In this document: positions 9,103 through 19,317 of the stretch, piece by piece
Numbering within the stretch: the stretch's first letter is position 1
Layout of the letters: each line of letters starts with the position of its first letter
Notes under the pieces: model-generated
Told to the model about the DNA's origin: nothing
The model's database searches: none
The model's input: the letters and a program-made list of their open reading frames with translations, nothing else
Assembly: GCA_013377005.1 (NCBI GenBank)
Contig: JACABE010000021.1
Location: 4,294 to 68,293, forward strand
DNA: 64,000 nucleotides
Origin: Bacteroidota bacterium
Lineage (GTDB): Bacteria > Bacteroidota > Bacteroidia > Bacteroidales > JACABE01
Direction: 5' to 3'
Translations under genes and position numbers: made by a program

Positions 9103-10515
9103 TTACAAATCCAAATTATTTAATTCAGGGACTATTTCATCTTTAATCTTTTGTAATGCTTTTTGTTGGGCATCTTTCAATGCATTTTCGTAATCGCGAA
9201 TTTGCATACCTTTGAAATTGGTAAATCCATTGCTAAATATTTCAGCATCTGTTTTATTATCAATAATAGAAATTTCGCAATCCACATATACCACATAAAG
9301 GTCATTTTTCTCAAGATAAGTACCTTTGGTAGTTTTGCAAATTATTTTAACCGTAACATCTGCTTTTTGCTTGCTATCGGTAAAAGAAAATAATTTCTCC
9401 GACAATTCTTTCTTAAAGCCGTTTCCAATGGTTTTTCGTTGTGATGGGGTTCCGAAATCAGTTTCTTCCATTTCCATAAATGCTTTTTTACCTTCCACAT
9501 CTACGGTTATTTTACACTGAGGAATATTACTTTCAAAAGCAAAAAGCTGACTACTTAATTTATCTTTTCCAAGATCGCCCATAATAGCATCAATATCCAA
9601 TGCAGCTTTAATTTGTTGTACTTTGCCTTTGTTGGTAACCTTTGCTGTTGAAAGAATGGCTTCGCCTCCTGTGTTGGTAATAATTTTTTCGTCTAATACA
9701 CTTTTACCTTTTACAAAAGTAAAACGCAATGGCAAGCCAGAAACTGGTGTTGGTGTTTTCCCTGCTTTTACATTCTGATATGCAGCCGTAACAATGATAT
9801 CTTTGGTAATTGGCGTGGAAAGACTCACAAAAAGCTTATCAATATTAGGTTTTAAATGAATATTGTGTAAAATTTCCTGAACAGAATTATAAATTTCGGT
9901 ACCCAGATTTATATTTCCCTTGGTTGGCGAAAAAATTGTAAGTTCATCAGCAAGGTGTTTTTTAATGATATCAAAAGCTTTTAAATAAGAAATGATAGCA
10001 TTGTTGTAATCAGCTACTTCTTCGTACTCGCTTGCTTTTTCATAAAAACTTAAGGCTCTTTTCTTGATGTCGTCCAGTTTCTTGGCTTTGGCATCAGCAT
10101 ATAATTTCTTTGATAATTTGTAAAATACCCAATATTCATTTTCGTTTCCCCACGAAGCTGATAATTCATAACCTTCTAAGTTTTCTTTTATCGAAGTATT
10201 GGTATAGGTTTTAAATTCTTCTTTTAATTCCGTTTTATTTTCAAATTGATACAGCATCGAATTACCTGAAATCTTGATAGAAATTTCGGAAACCAAATCG
10301 TTTAAGGCATTGTTTCGAGCTACAGAAATATAATTGTCACTTAAACCCGATTTTTTTGCCATACCAATACCGATGTAATAATCATTCATCACAGGGCGGC
10401 TTCCAACCCATTGTGGAGTAATATTTGCAGGTTGTTCTACAATTGCTTGTTGTGTTTTACAAGCTTGAAAAACAAGGAGGATAGAGAATAAAAGAATATG
10501 TAATTTTTTAAACAT
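9103..10515 (-). CDS. LPP20-domain lipoprotein with a large C-terminal extension
   Basis: Lipobox VFQAC. The N-terminal PQWV...DYYIGIGMAKK...VARNNALNDLVSEISIKISG is LPP20-like. The remaining roughly 330 aa have no recognisable family. Confidence 0.45.
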   Translation of the reverse strand: MFKKLHILLFSILLVFQACKTQQAIVEQPANITPQWVGSRPVMNDYYIGIGMAKKSGLSDNYISVARNNALNDLVSEISIKISGNSMLYQFENKTELKEEFKTYTNTSIKENLEGYELSASWGNENEYWVFYKLSKKLYADAKAKKLDDIKKRALSFYEKASEYEEVADYNNAIISYLKAFDIIKKHLADELTIFSPTKGNINLGTEIYNSVQEILHNIHLKPNIDKLFVSLSTPITKDIIVTAAYQNVKAGKTPTPVSGLPLRFTFVKGKSVLDEKIITNTGGEAILSTAKVTNKGKVQQIKAALDIDAIMGDLGKDKLSSQLFAFESNIPQCKITVDVEGKKAFMEMEETDFGTPSQRKTIGNGFKKELSEKLFSFTDSKQKADVTVKIICKTTKGTYLEKNDLYVVYVDCEISIIDNKTDAEIFSNGFTNFKGMQIRDYENALKDAQQKALQKIKDEIVPELNNLDL

Positions 10516-10580
10516 AAATATGGGGTATTAAACAGTTTTCAAATTTATGAAAAATTATGTTTCAAAAACCATGCCGAAAA

Positions 10581-10621
10581 AATAAAAAAATCTCGTTCCG
10601 ATTTTTAACGAAACGAGATTT
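10581..10621 (-). terminator. Intrinsic terminator after the lpxK-PNP pair
   Basis: The stem AAATCTCGTT (10588-10597) pairs with AACGAGATTT (10612-10621). On the minus strand it is followed by TTTTTTTATT. Confidence 0.6.
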
Positions 10622-10643
10622 CATTTGTAAAAAGTATATTCTT

Positions 10644-11462
10644 TTATAATTCAACAGTCGCTATTAACTCTTTAATTACTTGTGTCATTTTCGGTTCGGT
10701 AGCTTTAGCAGCTTCTATTACTTCCTGATGCGATATTTCCATAATTTTGCCTTCTACACCCAAATCGGTAATTACCGAAACAGCGAAACAAGGAATATCC
10801 ATATGGCGGGCAACAATAACTTCGGGAACGGTTGACATACCAACAGCATCTCCACCTAATATTCTGTAAAGTTTATATTCTGCAGGAGTTTCATAGGTGG
10901 GACCCGTAACAGCAACATAAACGCCCAACTGATAGTTTACATTGTTCTTCTTTGCAATTTCAATTCCTTTTTTAATTAATTCTTTATCATAAGGAATATG
11001 CATATCAGGAAAACGAGGTCCTAATTCATCATAATTTTTACCTAACAATGGATTATCGCCCATCATATTAATATGATCGGTAATAATCATCATATCACCT
11101 ATTTTGAAATCAGGATTCATACCGCCACTGGCATTCGAAAGCACCAATAATTTTATACCTAGCATTTTCAATACACGAATCGGGAAGGTAACTTCTTTCA
11201 TGTTATAGCCTTCGTAGTAATGAAAACGTCCTTGCATGGCAACCACTTTTTTATTACCCAATGTACCGAAAATCAATTGTCCGCTATGACCTTCTACTGT
11301 TGAAACAGGGAAATTAGGGATTGATTTGTATGGAATTGTAAATTTAATATCTATTTCGTTGGTAAGATTTCCTAATCCGGTACCTAAGATTATGCCTACT
11401 TCAGGAACAAAATCAATTTGTTTTTGAATAAAATTAGTGGTTTGTTTTATTTTTTCTAACAT
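10644..11462 (-). CDS. Purine nucleoside phosphorylase (trimeric PNP-I family)
   Basis: 272 aa with GIILGTGLG, STVEGHSGQLIFG, MQGRFHYYEGY, GPRFPDM and VGMSTVPEVIVARH, all typical of PNP/MTAP-family phosphorylases. Confidence 0.9.
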   Translation of the reverse strand: MLEKIKQTTNFIQKQIDFVPEVGIILGTGLGNLTNEIDIKFTIPYKSIPNFPVSTVEGHSGQLIFGTLGNKKVVAMQGRFHYYEGYNMKEVTFPIRVLKMLGIKLLVLSNASGGMNPDFKIGDMMIITDHINMMGDNPLLGKNYDELGPRFPDMHIPYDKELIKKGIEIAKKNNVNYQLGVYVAVTGPTYETPAEYKLYRILGGDAVGMSTVPEVIVARHMDIPCFAVSVITDLGVEGKIMEISHQEVIEAAKATEPKMTQVIKELIATVEL

Positions 11463-12498
11463 AGTTTATTATTTGTTTTTCAAACTTGTCTTTATCTTTT
11501 TTATGAAATTTAACCTCAATGGGAAGATAAAAGAGGGGCAAATTTACAAAAAAATTCATTAATGGAGTGCCATTTATTCTCATCGCATCTTTCTCTGTAG
11601 TCACTATTATTTTGTTTTTTGAGAATATGCTTTCGAACATCTCCTTGATTTTCAACATATCTTTTGGCTGATATTGATAATGATCGCGGAATTTAATAGT
11701 TTCAACGGTGTCAGCAATAGATTTCAATTGATCTTCAAGTGGATATGGGTTGGCAATTCCGGCAAACATAAGGATAGTAGAAAATTTCTCAGCGGCTATT
11801 TTTTCTGCAAAAGCATTCATTGGAATTAAATTCCCATAATCAATATAAGAATAATATACGTGTTGTCCATGTTGGATTTTCATATCTTCTTCCATGGATT
11901 TGCATGTGATAGGAGAAATTACTCGAGGACACTTCGTTACAACAATAATGTCGGCTCGCTTCATGCCACTTCTGGATTCTCGCAATGTACCACTTGGGAG
12001 TATATAATCATGCGAAAAAGGCTTGTAGTAATCTGTTAGCAAAATCGATAATCCTGCTTTAACATACCTGTGTTGAAAAGCATCATCTAACAATACAACT
12101 TTTGTTTCCGGATTCTTTTCTAGTATTTTAGCAATTCCTCTTTTCCTTTTTTCGTCTAAAGCTACACAAATTTCAGGGAATTTTTTTCTGTATTGCAAAG
12201 GTTCATCACCAGCAGTTTCTGAGGTTGCAACTTCATCAACCAATAAAAAACCCTTTGTTTTTCTGCCATATCCACGACTTAAAGTGGAAATATTAAAATC
12301 TTTTCGTAATAAGTTTATTAAGTATTCAATATGAGGTGTTTTGCCTGTTCCGCCTACGCTTAAATTCCCAACTGAAATTACAGGAATAGCAAAAGATTTT
12401 GATTTTAAAATTTTAAAATCAAACATTTTATTTCTTACATATACAATTAATCCGTAAAGAACTGCAAGTGGAAGTAAAAGTAAACCTGTAATATTCAT
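11434..12498 (-). CDS. lpxK: Tetraacyldisaccharide 4'-kinase
   Basis: P-loop VGNLSVGGTGKTP, then LSRGYGRK and DDAFQH. The 3' end overlaps the PNP start by 29 nt. Confidence 0.9.
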   Translation of the reverse strand: MNITGLLLLPLAVLYGLIVYVRNKMFDFKILKSKSFAIPVISVGNLSVGGTGKTPHIEYLINLLRKDFNISTLSRGYGRKTKGFLLVDEVATSETAGDEPLQYRKKFPEICVALDEKRKRGIAKILEKNPETKVVLLDDAFQHRYVKAGLSILLTDYYKPFSHDYILPSGTLRESRSGMKRADIIVVTKCPRVISPITCKSMEEDMKIQHGQHVYYSYIDYGNLIPMNAFAEKIAAEKFSTILMFAGIANPYPLEDQLKSIADTVETIKFRDHYQYQPKDMLKIKEMFESIFSKNKIIVTTEKDAMRINGTPLMNFFVNLPLFYLPIEVKFHKKDKDKFEKQIINYVRKNKTNH

Positions 12499-12625
12499 GC
12501 AATAACGAATAATTTATTTATATTTTGCATTATACGCAATAGTTAAATAAAAGTTCCCAATTGATGTATGATAAGAAATTAAATATTAGCAACTTTGTAT
12601 TAATACAAATTTACCAATACAAGAT

Positions 12626-12656
12626 TTTGCACTCTTGTTGTTTTTCAGTAATTTTG
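12626..12656 (+). promoter_or_regulatory. Candidate Bacteroidota promoter for pdxJ
   Basis: TTTG (12626-12629), a 19-nt spacer, then TAATTTTG (12649-12656). The motif ends 16 nt before the ATG at 12673. Confidence 0.5.
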
Positions 12657-12672
12657 TCAAAATTTAATAATA

Positions 12673-13389
12673 ATGACCAAGTTAAGTGTAAATATCAACA
12701 AAATAGCAACGTTACGCAATGCTCGTGGAGGGAATGTACCCAATGTATTAAAAACTGCTTTAGATTGCGAGCGTTTCGGAGCTCAAGGGATAACAGTTCA
12801 TCCTCGCCCCGATGAAAGGCATATTCGCTATAGTGATGTATATGAATTGAAACCAAACATAACAACTGAATTTAATATTGAAGGTTATCCGAATAAAGAG
12901 TTTATTCATCTGGTAACTTCAATAAAACCTACTCAAGTAACTTTGGTACCTGATCCACCTGATGCATTAACTTCTAATGCAGGATGGGATACAATTGAGA
13001 ATGAAGCTTTTTTAAAAGATGTAGTTGCACAGTTTCATAGTTTTGGCATCAGAACTTCAATCTTTATTGAAACTGACTTGAAGATGATTGAAAATGCTGT
13101 TAAAACAGGCACTGACCGCATAGAACTATACACTGAAAGCTATGCCAAAAACTATCCTGTTGATAAAGAGAAAGCAATAGCTCCATTTATTGAAGCAGCT
13201 AAAAAAGCAAACGAATTAGGCTTAGGTATCAATGCCGGACATGATTTAGATTTGAATAATCTGGCTTATTTTGCAAAAAATATTCTTGGCTTATTAGAGG
13301 TTTCCATAGGTCATGCTTTAATTAGCGATGCATTATATTTAGGATTGGAAAACATCATACAACTATACTTAAGACAATTGAAAATTTAG
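12673..13389 (+). CDS. pdxJ: Pyridoxine 5'-phosphate synthase
   Basis: [37 protein letters not shown] and NAGHDL are conserved PdxJ motifs. Confidence 0.95.
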   Translation: MTKLSVNINKIATLRNARGGNVPNVLKTALDCERFGAQGITVHPRPDERHIRYSDVYELKPNITTEFNIEGYPNKEFIHLVTSIKPTQVTLVPDPPDALTSNAGWDTIENEAFLKDVVAQFHSFGIRTSIFIETDLKMIENAVKTGTDRIELYTESYAKNYPVDKEKAIAPFIEAAKKANELGLGINAGHDLDLNNLAYFAKNILGLLEVSIGHALISDALYLGLENIIQLYLRQLKI

Positions 13390-13486
13390 TTTTTTTTGGT
13401 GATAAAATCAAATTTTTTTGAACTAAATAACTTTATGAATTAATTTTTGTTATTTTTACACATTATATTTTGAAAACATAATAAAT

Positions 13487-14542
13487 ATGGAAAAAGCGAT
13501 ATTAATTACCGGTGGTGCAGGATTTATTGGCTCGCACGTTGTTAGATTATTTGTAAATAAATATTCCGATTACAAAATTATAAATCTTGATAAATTAACT
13601 TACGCAGGTAATCTTGCAAATCTGACAGATATAGAAAACAAGCCTAATTACGAGTTTGTAAAAGCCGACATTGTGGATGCTCAGGCAATGAACGAATTAT
13701 TTGAGAAATACAAATTTGATGGTGTAATTCACTTAGCAGCTGAGTCTCATGTAGATCGATCGATTGCTAATCCGATGGAATTTATCATGACAAATATTAT
13801 AGGAACTGTTAATCTTTTAAATGCAGCCCGTAACATCTGGAAAGATAATTTGGAAGGTAAACGTTTTTATCATATCTCAACGGATGAAGTTTACGGTTCT
13901 TTGGGCGAGGAAGGTTTCTTTACTGAAGAAACAGCTTACGATCCACGTAGTCCGTATTCTGCATCTAAAGCAAGTTCAGATCATTTGGTGAGAGCATATT
14001 TTCATACTTACAAAATACCGATAGTAGTTTCTAATTGCTCGAATAATTACGGACAATTTCAGTTTCCTGAAAAATTATTACCGCTTTCAATTAATAATAT
14101 TAATAACAATAAGCCTATTCCAATCTATGGAAAAGGTGAGAATATCCGTGATTGGTTATATGTGGTAGATCATGCCCGTGCTATTGACCTTATTTTCCAT
14201 GAAGGGAAAATAGGCGATACTTATAACATTGGTGGAAATAATGAATGGACTAATATTGACCTTATTCATAAATTATGTGAAATAATGGACAGAAAACTCA
14301 ATCGAGAACCAGGATCCTCCATTAAATTAATTACTTATGTAAAGGATCGTGCCGGACATGATTTACGTTATGCTATTGATTCAACAAAATTACAAAAGGA
14401 ATTGGGTTGGAAACCTTCCTTGCAATTTGAAGAGGGTATGGAAATAACAGTTGATTGGTATTTAAATAATGAAGAATGGCTTAATAATGTGACTTCCGGC
14501 GATTATCAGAAATACTACGATAAACAATACGATAAAAGATAA
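13487..14542 (+). CDS. rfbB: dTDP-glucose 4,6-dehydratase
   Basis: Rossmann GGAGFIGS, HLAAESHVDRS, STDEVYG and the catalytic YSASKASSD. Length is 351 aa. Confidence 0.92.
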   Translation: MEKAILITGGAGFIGSHVVRLFVNKYSDYKIINLDKLTYAGNLANLTDIENKPNYEFVKADIVDAQAMNELFEKYKFDGVIHLAAESHVDRSIANPMEFIMTNIIGTVNLLNAARNIWKDNLEGKRFYHISTDEVYGSLGEEGFFTEETAYDPRSPYSASKASSDHLVRAYFHTYKIPIVVSNCSNNYGQFQFPEKLLPLSINNINNNKPIPIYGKGENIRDWLYVVDHARAIDLIFHEGKIGDTYNIGGNNEWTNIDLIHKLCEIMDRKLNREPGSSIKLITYVKDRAGHDLRYAIDSTKLQKELGWKPSLQFEEGMEITVDWYLNNEEWLNNVTSGDYQKYYDKQYDKR

Positions 14543-14557
14543 TTCTTGAAGTGATGA

Positions 14558-14590
14558 TTGTTGAATACTGAATTTCAACATACTTTTTTT
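14558..14590 (+). terminator. Possible intrinsic terminator after rfbB
   Basis: An imperfect hairpin TGTTGAAT/ATTTCAACA around GTTGAA(14560-14565)/TTCAAC(14574-14579) is followed by TACTTTTTTT. Confidence 0.35.
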
Positions 14591-14626
14591 ATAATTTTTT
14601 GATTTTATATTTCTCAAACTGTTTTA

Positions 14627-15373
14627 ATGTCAATACTTGGAAATCTATTTGCTTCGAGAAAATTGAGTCAACCAATTAATTTGGCTGTTATTGGAACAGA
14701 TATGCATTCGCATTTAATTCCAGGAATTGACGATGGAGTTGCAACAATGAATCAGTCAATTGCTCTGATTAAGGAAATGTACAATCTAGGCTTTAATAAA
14801 ATAATTACTACACCTCATATTCAGGGCGAAGTTTATAAAAATACGCCTGAAATTATTCTCTCTGGTTTAGAAGATGTTCGTAAAGCTATTAAATCAGAAG
14901 GTATCAATATTCAATTAGAGGCTGCTGCCGAATATTTATTGGATGATAGGTTTGATGAAAAGTTTAAGGCTAACAAATTGCTTACATTTGGCAGTAAACA
15001 CATACTTGTTGAAATGTCATATTTTAGCCCACATCCTAATCTTTTTAATTTTATTTTTGAGTTGCAGATAGAGGGTTACAAGGTTATTTTAGCTCACCCT
15101 GAGCGTTATTCATATTGGTTTAATAGTTTTAATAAATATGAAGAGTTGAAAGACAGAGGCGTTTTTTTTCAATTAAATACTATTTCGCTTGGAGGCTATT
15201 ATGGTGAAAAGGTAAAAAAGATTGCTGAAAAACTTATTGATTTGAATATGATTGATTTTCTGGGAACAGACCTGCACAATGATAATTACATGATAGGGCT
15301 TCAAAATGCTCGTTTTGAGAAATCTTTAGATAAATTACTCTCATCAGGAAAGATTATGAATAATATCCTATAA
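14627..15373 (+). CDS. PHP-family protein-tyrosine phosphatase (CpsB/YwqE-like, capsule/EPS regulation)
   Basis: DMHSHLIPGIDDG at the N-terminus, plus TPH, ILAHPERY and GTDLH metal-binding motifs. Confidence 0.8.
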   Translation: MSILGNLFASRKLSQPINLAVIGTDMHSHLIPGIDDGVATMNQSIALIKEMYNLGFNKIITTPHIQGEVYKNTPEIILSGLEDVRKAIKSEGINIQLEAAAEYLLDDRFDEKFKANKLLTFGSKHILVEMSYFSPHPNLFNFIFELQIEGYKVILAHPERYSYWFNSFNKYEELKDRGVFFQLNTISLGGYYGEKVKKIAEKLIDLNMIDFLGTDLHNDNYMIGLQNARFEKSLDKLLSSGKIMNNIL

Positions 15374-15460
15374 TTTATAGACTTCCTTTCTTTGCTACAA
15401 ATATGAAAAATTGTTTTTATTGCCAAATTTTTCGTAAAATTGCAGCCAAAATCTAAAAAA

Positions 15461-15856
15461 ATGAACTTACTAATAACCAGAGAATTAATTTTAAAGTTTT
15501 TGAAATTTGGCATGGTTGGTGCTTCAGGTGTAATTGTTGATTTTGGATTTACCTATCTGTGTAAAGAAATTCTTAAATTACAAAAATACTTAGCCAATGC
15601 CATTGGCTTCACTCTTGCTGCAAGTTCTAATTATATATTCAACAGAATATGGACTTTCCACAGCTTAAACCCTGAAATAGGCATAGAATATAGTAAATTT
15701 CTTCTTATTTCACTTATCGGCCTTGGAATTAACACACTGATATTATGGTTGTTGGTAAGTAAATATAATAAAAAATTTTATGTTTCTAAGTTATTTGCTA
15801 TTGGAATCGTAACTGTATGGAATTTCTTTATAAATCTTATATTTACATTCAATTAA
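15461..15856 (+). CDS. GtrA-family membrane protein
   Basis: KFLKFGMVGASGVIVDFG followed by four predicted TM helices. I prefer the ATG at 15461 over the TTG listed at 15440. Confidence 0.7.
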   Translation: MNLLITRELILKFLKFGMVGASGVIVDFGFTYLCKEILKLQKYLANAIGFTLAASSNYIFNRIWTFHSLNPEIGIEYSKFLLISLIGLGINTLILWLLVSKYNKKFYVSKLFAIGIVTVWNFFINLIFTFN

Positions 15857-15973
15857 GGACTGTGATTAAAGATACTATCTGTTATAGAATTATTTGTTGA
15901 TTATACCCCAATATTGTTAAGCTTGTCTCTTTTTAGGTTTTATTTAAAAGATGAAATAAAGCCATCCTTTTTA

Positions 15974-16969
15974 CTACAGCTCTAATTTTTCCTCTTCAGG
16001 TAGATTATTTGTTACCATGTCATAAACACGTCTACGTCTTTGCCTCACATTTCTAATTCCGACATAGATAAGCATTGATAGAATCATAAGAATAATTGAT
16101 AGAATTACGTACAATCCAGTTGCGTTTTCGGTTTCAGTTCCAAAACGAATACCTTTTCCAAAAAAAATACGAAAAGCGGCTAAACTTATTATAAAAAAAG
16201 AAACGAAACCCCAAGAAAAATCATACAGAGGAGGTTCGTCTTCTAAATTAGGAATCATAAAGGAGTCGAACCTGAAATAAGTAGGTATGAGCATAACAAG
16301 CATTGAAACATTAATTAATATTTCGTGCAAAGGAATTTTGGGCAAATATAATAAAAACAAAATAATACTTCCTGCAAACCAAGGTATAAAAACTTGATTT
16401 TTAATAAAAAGTGCTCTGTTTTTATTATTAATAAGTGTAAATGAATTAGCTGAAGTTAAGATAGAAAAAACAGAATAATTTCCAATAAGAAGTAAAATAA
16501 CAATTGCTATGGCTACAACTAATATTTTGATTTCCATACCTAAATACAACCAATCAACAATCAAATTAGAGCCATATAATAAAAAGATAGATCCAATAGC
16601 AAATGATCCTATTATGCGATTTACGAAATGAAGTGCCCCCCACAAGAAAAATAATTTTATGATGCTATCGGTATTAGAAAATCTTCGGTATAGCATAATA
16701 AAAACAAAAGCCATAAATATTGAAATTAATGGACCAGAAGCAAAAATAGTTAGAGCAGAATCGGAATACCAGAATTTTGAATTGTCGGGCGTTAACCATT
16801 TAATTTCGTTATAATATAGGATAACTCGAATGAAATATTGTCCTGCAATAAAGGCAGTAATAAACTGATAAACAAAATAAACAAACAAAAATGAAAGGAC
16901 ATAAATAACAGTAGAATCAAGGGCTATTAAATTGAACATTCTTTTACTTTCGCTGCCTAATTTTTGCAT
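15974..16969 (-). CDS. Polytopic membrane protein of unknown function
   Basis: About 9 hydrophobic segments and a basic C-terminal tail (RNVRQRRRR). No recognisable motif. Confidence 0.5.
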   Translation of the reverse strand: MQKLGSESKRMFNLIALDSTVIYVLSFLFVYFVYQFITAFIAGQYFIRVILYYNEIKWLTPDNSKFWYSDSALTIFASGPLISIFMAFVFIMLYRRFSNTDSIIKLFFLWGALHFVNRIIGSFAIGSIFLLYGSNLIVDWLYLGMEIKILVVAIAIVILLLIGNYSVFSILTSANSFTLINNKNRALFIKNQVFIPWFAGSIILFLLYLPKIPLHEILINVSMLVMLIPTYFRFDSFMIPNLEDEPPLYDFSWGFVSFFIISLAAFRIFFGKGIRFGTETENATGLYVILSIILMILSMLIYVGIRNVRQRRRRVYDMVTNNLPEEEKLEL

Positions 16970-17031
16970 AGTTGAGGTTATTTTCTTTTACAAACGTACA
17001 TTTAATTTTAGGATTAAACAAACCTTTTATT

Positions 17032-17065
17032 AAAAAGCCGAAATAAAAAAATATTCCGGCTTTTT
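17032..17065 (-). terminator. Probable intrinsic terminator after the mreBCD-peptidase unit
   Basis: AAAAAGCCG (17032-17040) pairs with CGGCTTTTT (17057-17065). The GC core is short, and a T-tract lies on the minus strand. Confidence 0.45.
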
Positions 17066-17085
17066 AAAATCTAATAAAAAGCAAA

Positions 17086-18780
17086 TTATTTGGTTACAAA
17101 TTGTTTTGCATAATATTTTGCTGTTAATTTTTCGCCGGTGGCTTGTTCTATCATATCATTCCAATATAAGCTTTTGCCAGGTATAAATACTTTTTCGGTA
17201 AAAAATTTCCCGATTTCAGGATTAACGGTGAAACTTTGTGTTTTCAAGTCACTTGCTTTTATCACTTTTTCAGTAACATAATAGCTGAATTGTGATGCCA
17301 ACAGTTCACCTAATAAATAATTATGATAATAACATGGATAAATAGCAATATGAATTTTTGTAGCCCAATCAGGAGCATTTCTGTCTGTTGGTTTCTTTAG
17401 CATTTGATATTTTTCAACCAAATCCCACCAAAGTTTATTCAAATCCTGATCAGGGTTGGCATACATTGCTTTTTCGAAACGATATACAACTTGTGCCCAA
17501 CGGCTAAAAACCATTTGTTCGAGTCGTAATGTTTTATAGCAATCTTCTGCTATTTTAACTTTTTCAGCTTCGGTAATGCCAATCATGGTTTTTAACCATT
17601 CGGGATTGCTTGATAATCTGCCAAAAAACATAGCAATGGCTTCGGTAGTGAAGGTATGCGCAGGTTCGCGTAATGAAAAAGGTAAACCACGATCAATAAA
17701 TTTATCGTAAGATGCGTGTCCAAATTCATGTAACATTGTTCCCATCCATTGTTGATTAGGTTTTATGTTGCACAATACTCTAACATCACCTTCATTATCA
17801 ATATCTGTACAAAAAGCATGTTGGTTTTTGCCCGGTTTTTCATATAAATCGCTGTTTTTTATCATATCATCAATAGGCAATCCAATACCTTTGTAATAAT
17901 CTGTAGTTATCTTATCTAAATTAGTTTTTGCATAATATTTATCCAAATCAACAGCATACAACTTAGGTGCTTCCTGAAAGAAACGATTTTGATAATGCCA
18001 AGGCATTAAATCGGTTTTGCTAATCTTATATCTTTTGGCAAAATAATCGTCCATTTCATTTTTTAAATCGGCAAAAGTACCTCTGGTTAAGCTGTCTAAT
18101 TCATCAAAAAGGCTTTCTATTTCTTTTGGATCTTGCTCGCTGAGTTGCAAACTCATGTTATGGTAATTATCAAACCCAAGTTCTTTTGCAATTTCATTGC
18201 GCATTTTTACCAATTTAATGATATCTTTATTAACCGAATCTCCTATTTTTTTCTGAGTCATCCATGTTTCTTTCAATTCATTGGAATTAACTGATGTTTT
18301 TAGGATTTCCTCAATCTGATTGTCTGATAGTTTTTTGCCTTTTATTTCGGTTCTGAAATTTGAGAATTTTTTTTCAATATTGGTTTGCAACTTTATTACG
18401 GCATTTAATTTTGCGGTATCAACAGCAGCACTTAAATAGGCATTGTAAAGAACTATTAATTGTCGGCTTAGTAATTTGTCTTTTATTTTATTTGATTCTT
18501 TGATAGCTTTTAAAGTGGCAAATGAAGCTGGATTTGCATATACATTGGTAAGTTTTACTGATAAGGCTTCTGATTTTGCATAATCTTCATCTTTACCGCT
18601 AATTGCAGCATTCCAACTTGCCAGGTTAGCTTCTTTGCTTAGTTTTACTGTTAAAGAATCGTGTTGCTTGATGAAGTTGATTAATTTTTGTTTCATGTTT
18701 TCTTTGTGTGAGGATTTACATCCAATTGCCATAGCTATTGTGATAATTACAATCGTAAAAAGAATTGATTTTGTTTTCAT
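17086..18780 (-). CDS. M2-family (ACE-like) zinc metallopeptidase, lipoprotein
   Basis: Lipobox AIGC and the zinc site MLHEFGHASY with a downstream EAIAMFF glutamate. The segment WWDLVEKYQMLKKP...KIHIAIYPCYYHNY resembles the angiotensin-converting-enzyme family. Confidence 0.6.
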   Translation of the reverse strand: MKTKSILFTIVIITIAMAIGCKSSHKENMKQKLINFIKQHDSLTVKLSKEANLASWNAAISGKDEDYAKSEALSVKLTNVYANPASFATLKAIKESNKIKDKLLSRQLIVLYNAYLSAAVDTAKLNAVIKLQTNIEKKFSNFRTEIKGKKLSDNQIEEILKTSVNSNELKETWMTQKKIGDSVNKDIIKLVKMRNEIAKELGFDNYHNMSLQLSEQDPKEIESLFDELDSLTRGTFADLKNEMDDYFAKRYKISKTDLMPWHYQNRFFQEAPKLYAVDLDKYYAKTNLDKITTDYYKGIGLPIDDMIKNSDLYEKPGKNQHAFCTDIDNEGDVRVLCNIKPNQQWMGTMLHEFGHASYDKFIDRGLPFSLREPAHTFTTEAIAMFFGRLSSNPEWLKTMIGITEAEKVKIAEDCYKTLRLEQMVFSRWAQVVYRFEKAMYANPDQDLNKLWWDLVEKYQMLKKPTDRNAPDWATKIHIAIYPCYYHNYLLGELLASQFSYYVTEKVIKASDLKTQSFTVNPEIGKFFTEKVFIPGKSLYWNDMIEQATGEKLTAKYYAKQFVTK

Positions 18781-18807
18781 ATCTATATATTATGTTTTAT
18801 TAAAAAA

Positions 18808-19317
18808 TTATTTCTTCTTATAAAAAAGATATTGACTAATGATAATAAGCAGTAAACTAGCTATAGTACTAAGTATTACTCTTCCAAATGTGTAAAAAAA
18901 CTCGTGAAAATTAAAAACTTCGAGATAAAAAAACACCAAGTGATGAATAAGTACCAGTATGGTAGAATATCTGATAAACCAGTTGAACCCTAAATCATTA
19001 ATACCCGGAGTTATTCCTACTTCATAATCTTTGGATGAAAATACCATTCTGAGTACGCCGGGACGACAAAAAGCCATAAAAACACAAGCGGCTGTGTGCA
19101 TTCCCATAGTATCGGAAAACAAATCTACACCAAACCCCAGCAAAAATGCAGAAATCAATAACAACCATTGCGGAGTTTCGAAAGGAAGCAATAAAATAAA
19201 AAGGACATAAATGTATGGATTGATATATCCATTCAGATGCATATTATCAAATACTAACACTTGCAAAAGTATCAACAAAAAGAAACGGGAAATATTTCGG
19301 AAATAGATATTATTCAT
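18808..19317 (-). CDS. mreD: Rod shape-determining protein MreD
   Basis: 169-aa polytopic membrane protein immediately after mreC, overlapping it by 8 nt. Size and position fit MreD. Confidence 0.75.
   Translation of the reverse strand: MNNIYFRNISRFFLLILLQVLVFDNMHLNGYINPYIYVLFILLLPFETPQWLLLISAFLLGFGVDLFSDTMGMHTAACVFMAFCRPGVLRMVFSSKDYEVGITPGINDLGFNWFIRYSTILVLIHHLVFFYLEVFNFHEFFYTFGRVILSTIASLLLIIISQYLFYKKK

Noticed and set aside
12561-12815. 84-aa ORF overlapping the pdxJ start
   Set aside because: It is out of frame with pdxJ, it covers the pdxJ promoter motifs, and the Cys- and Ser-rich translation has no features of a real protein.
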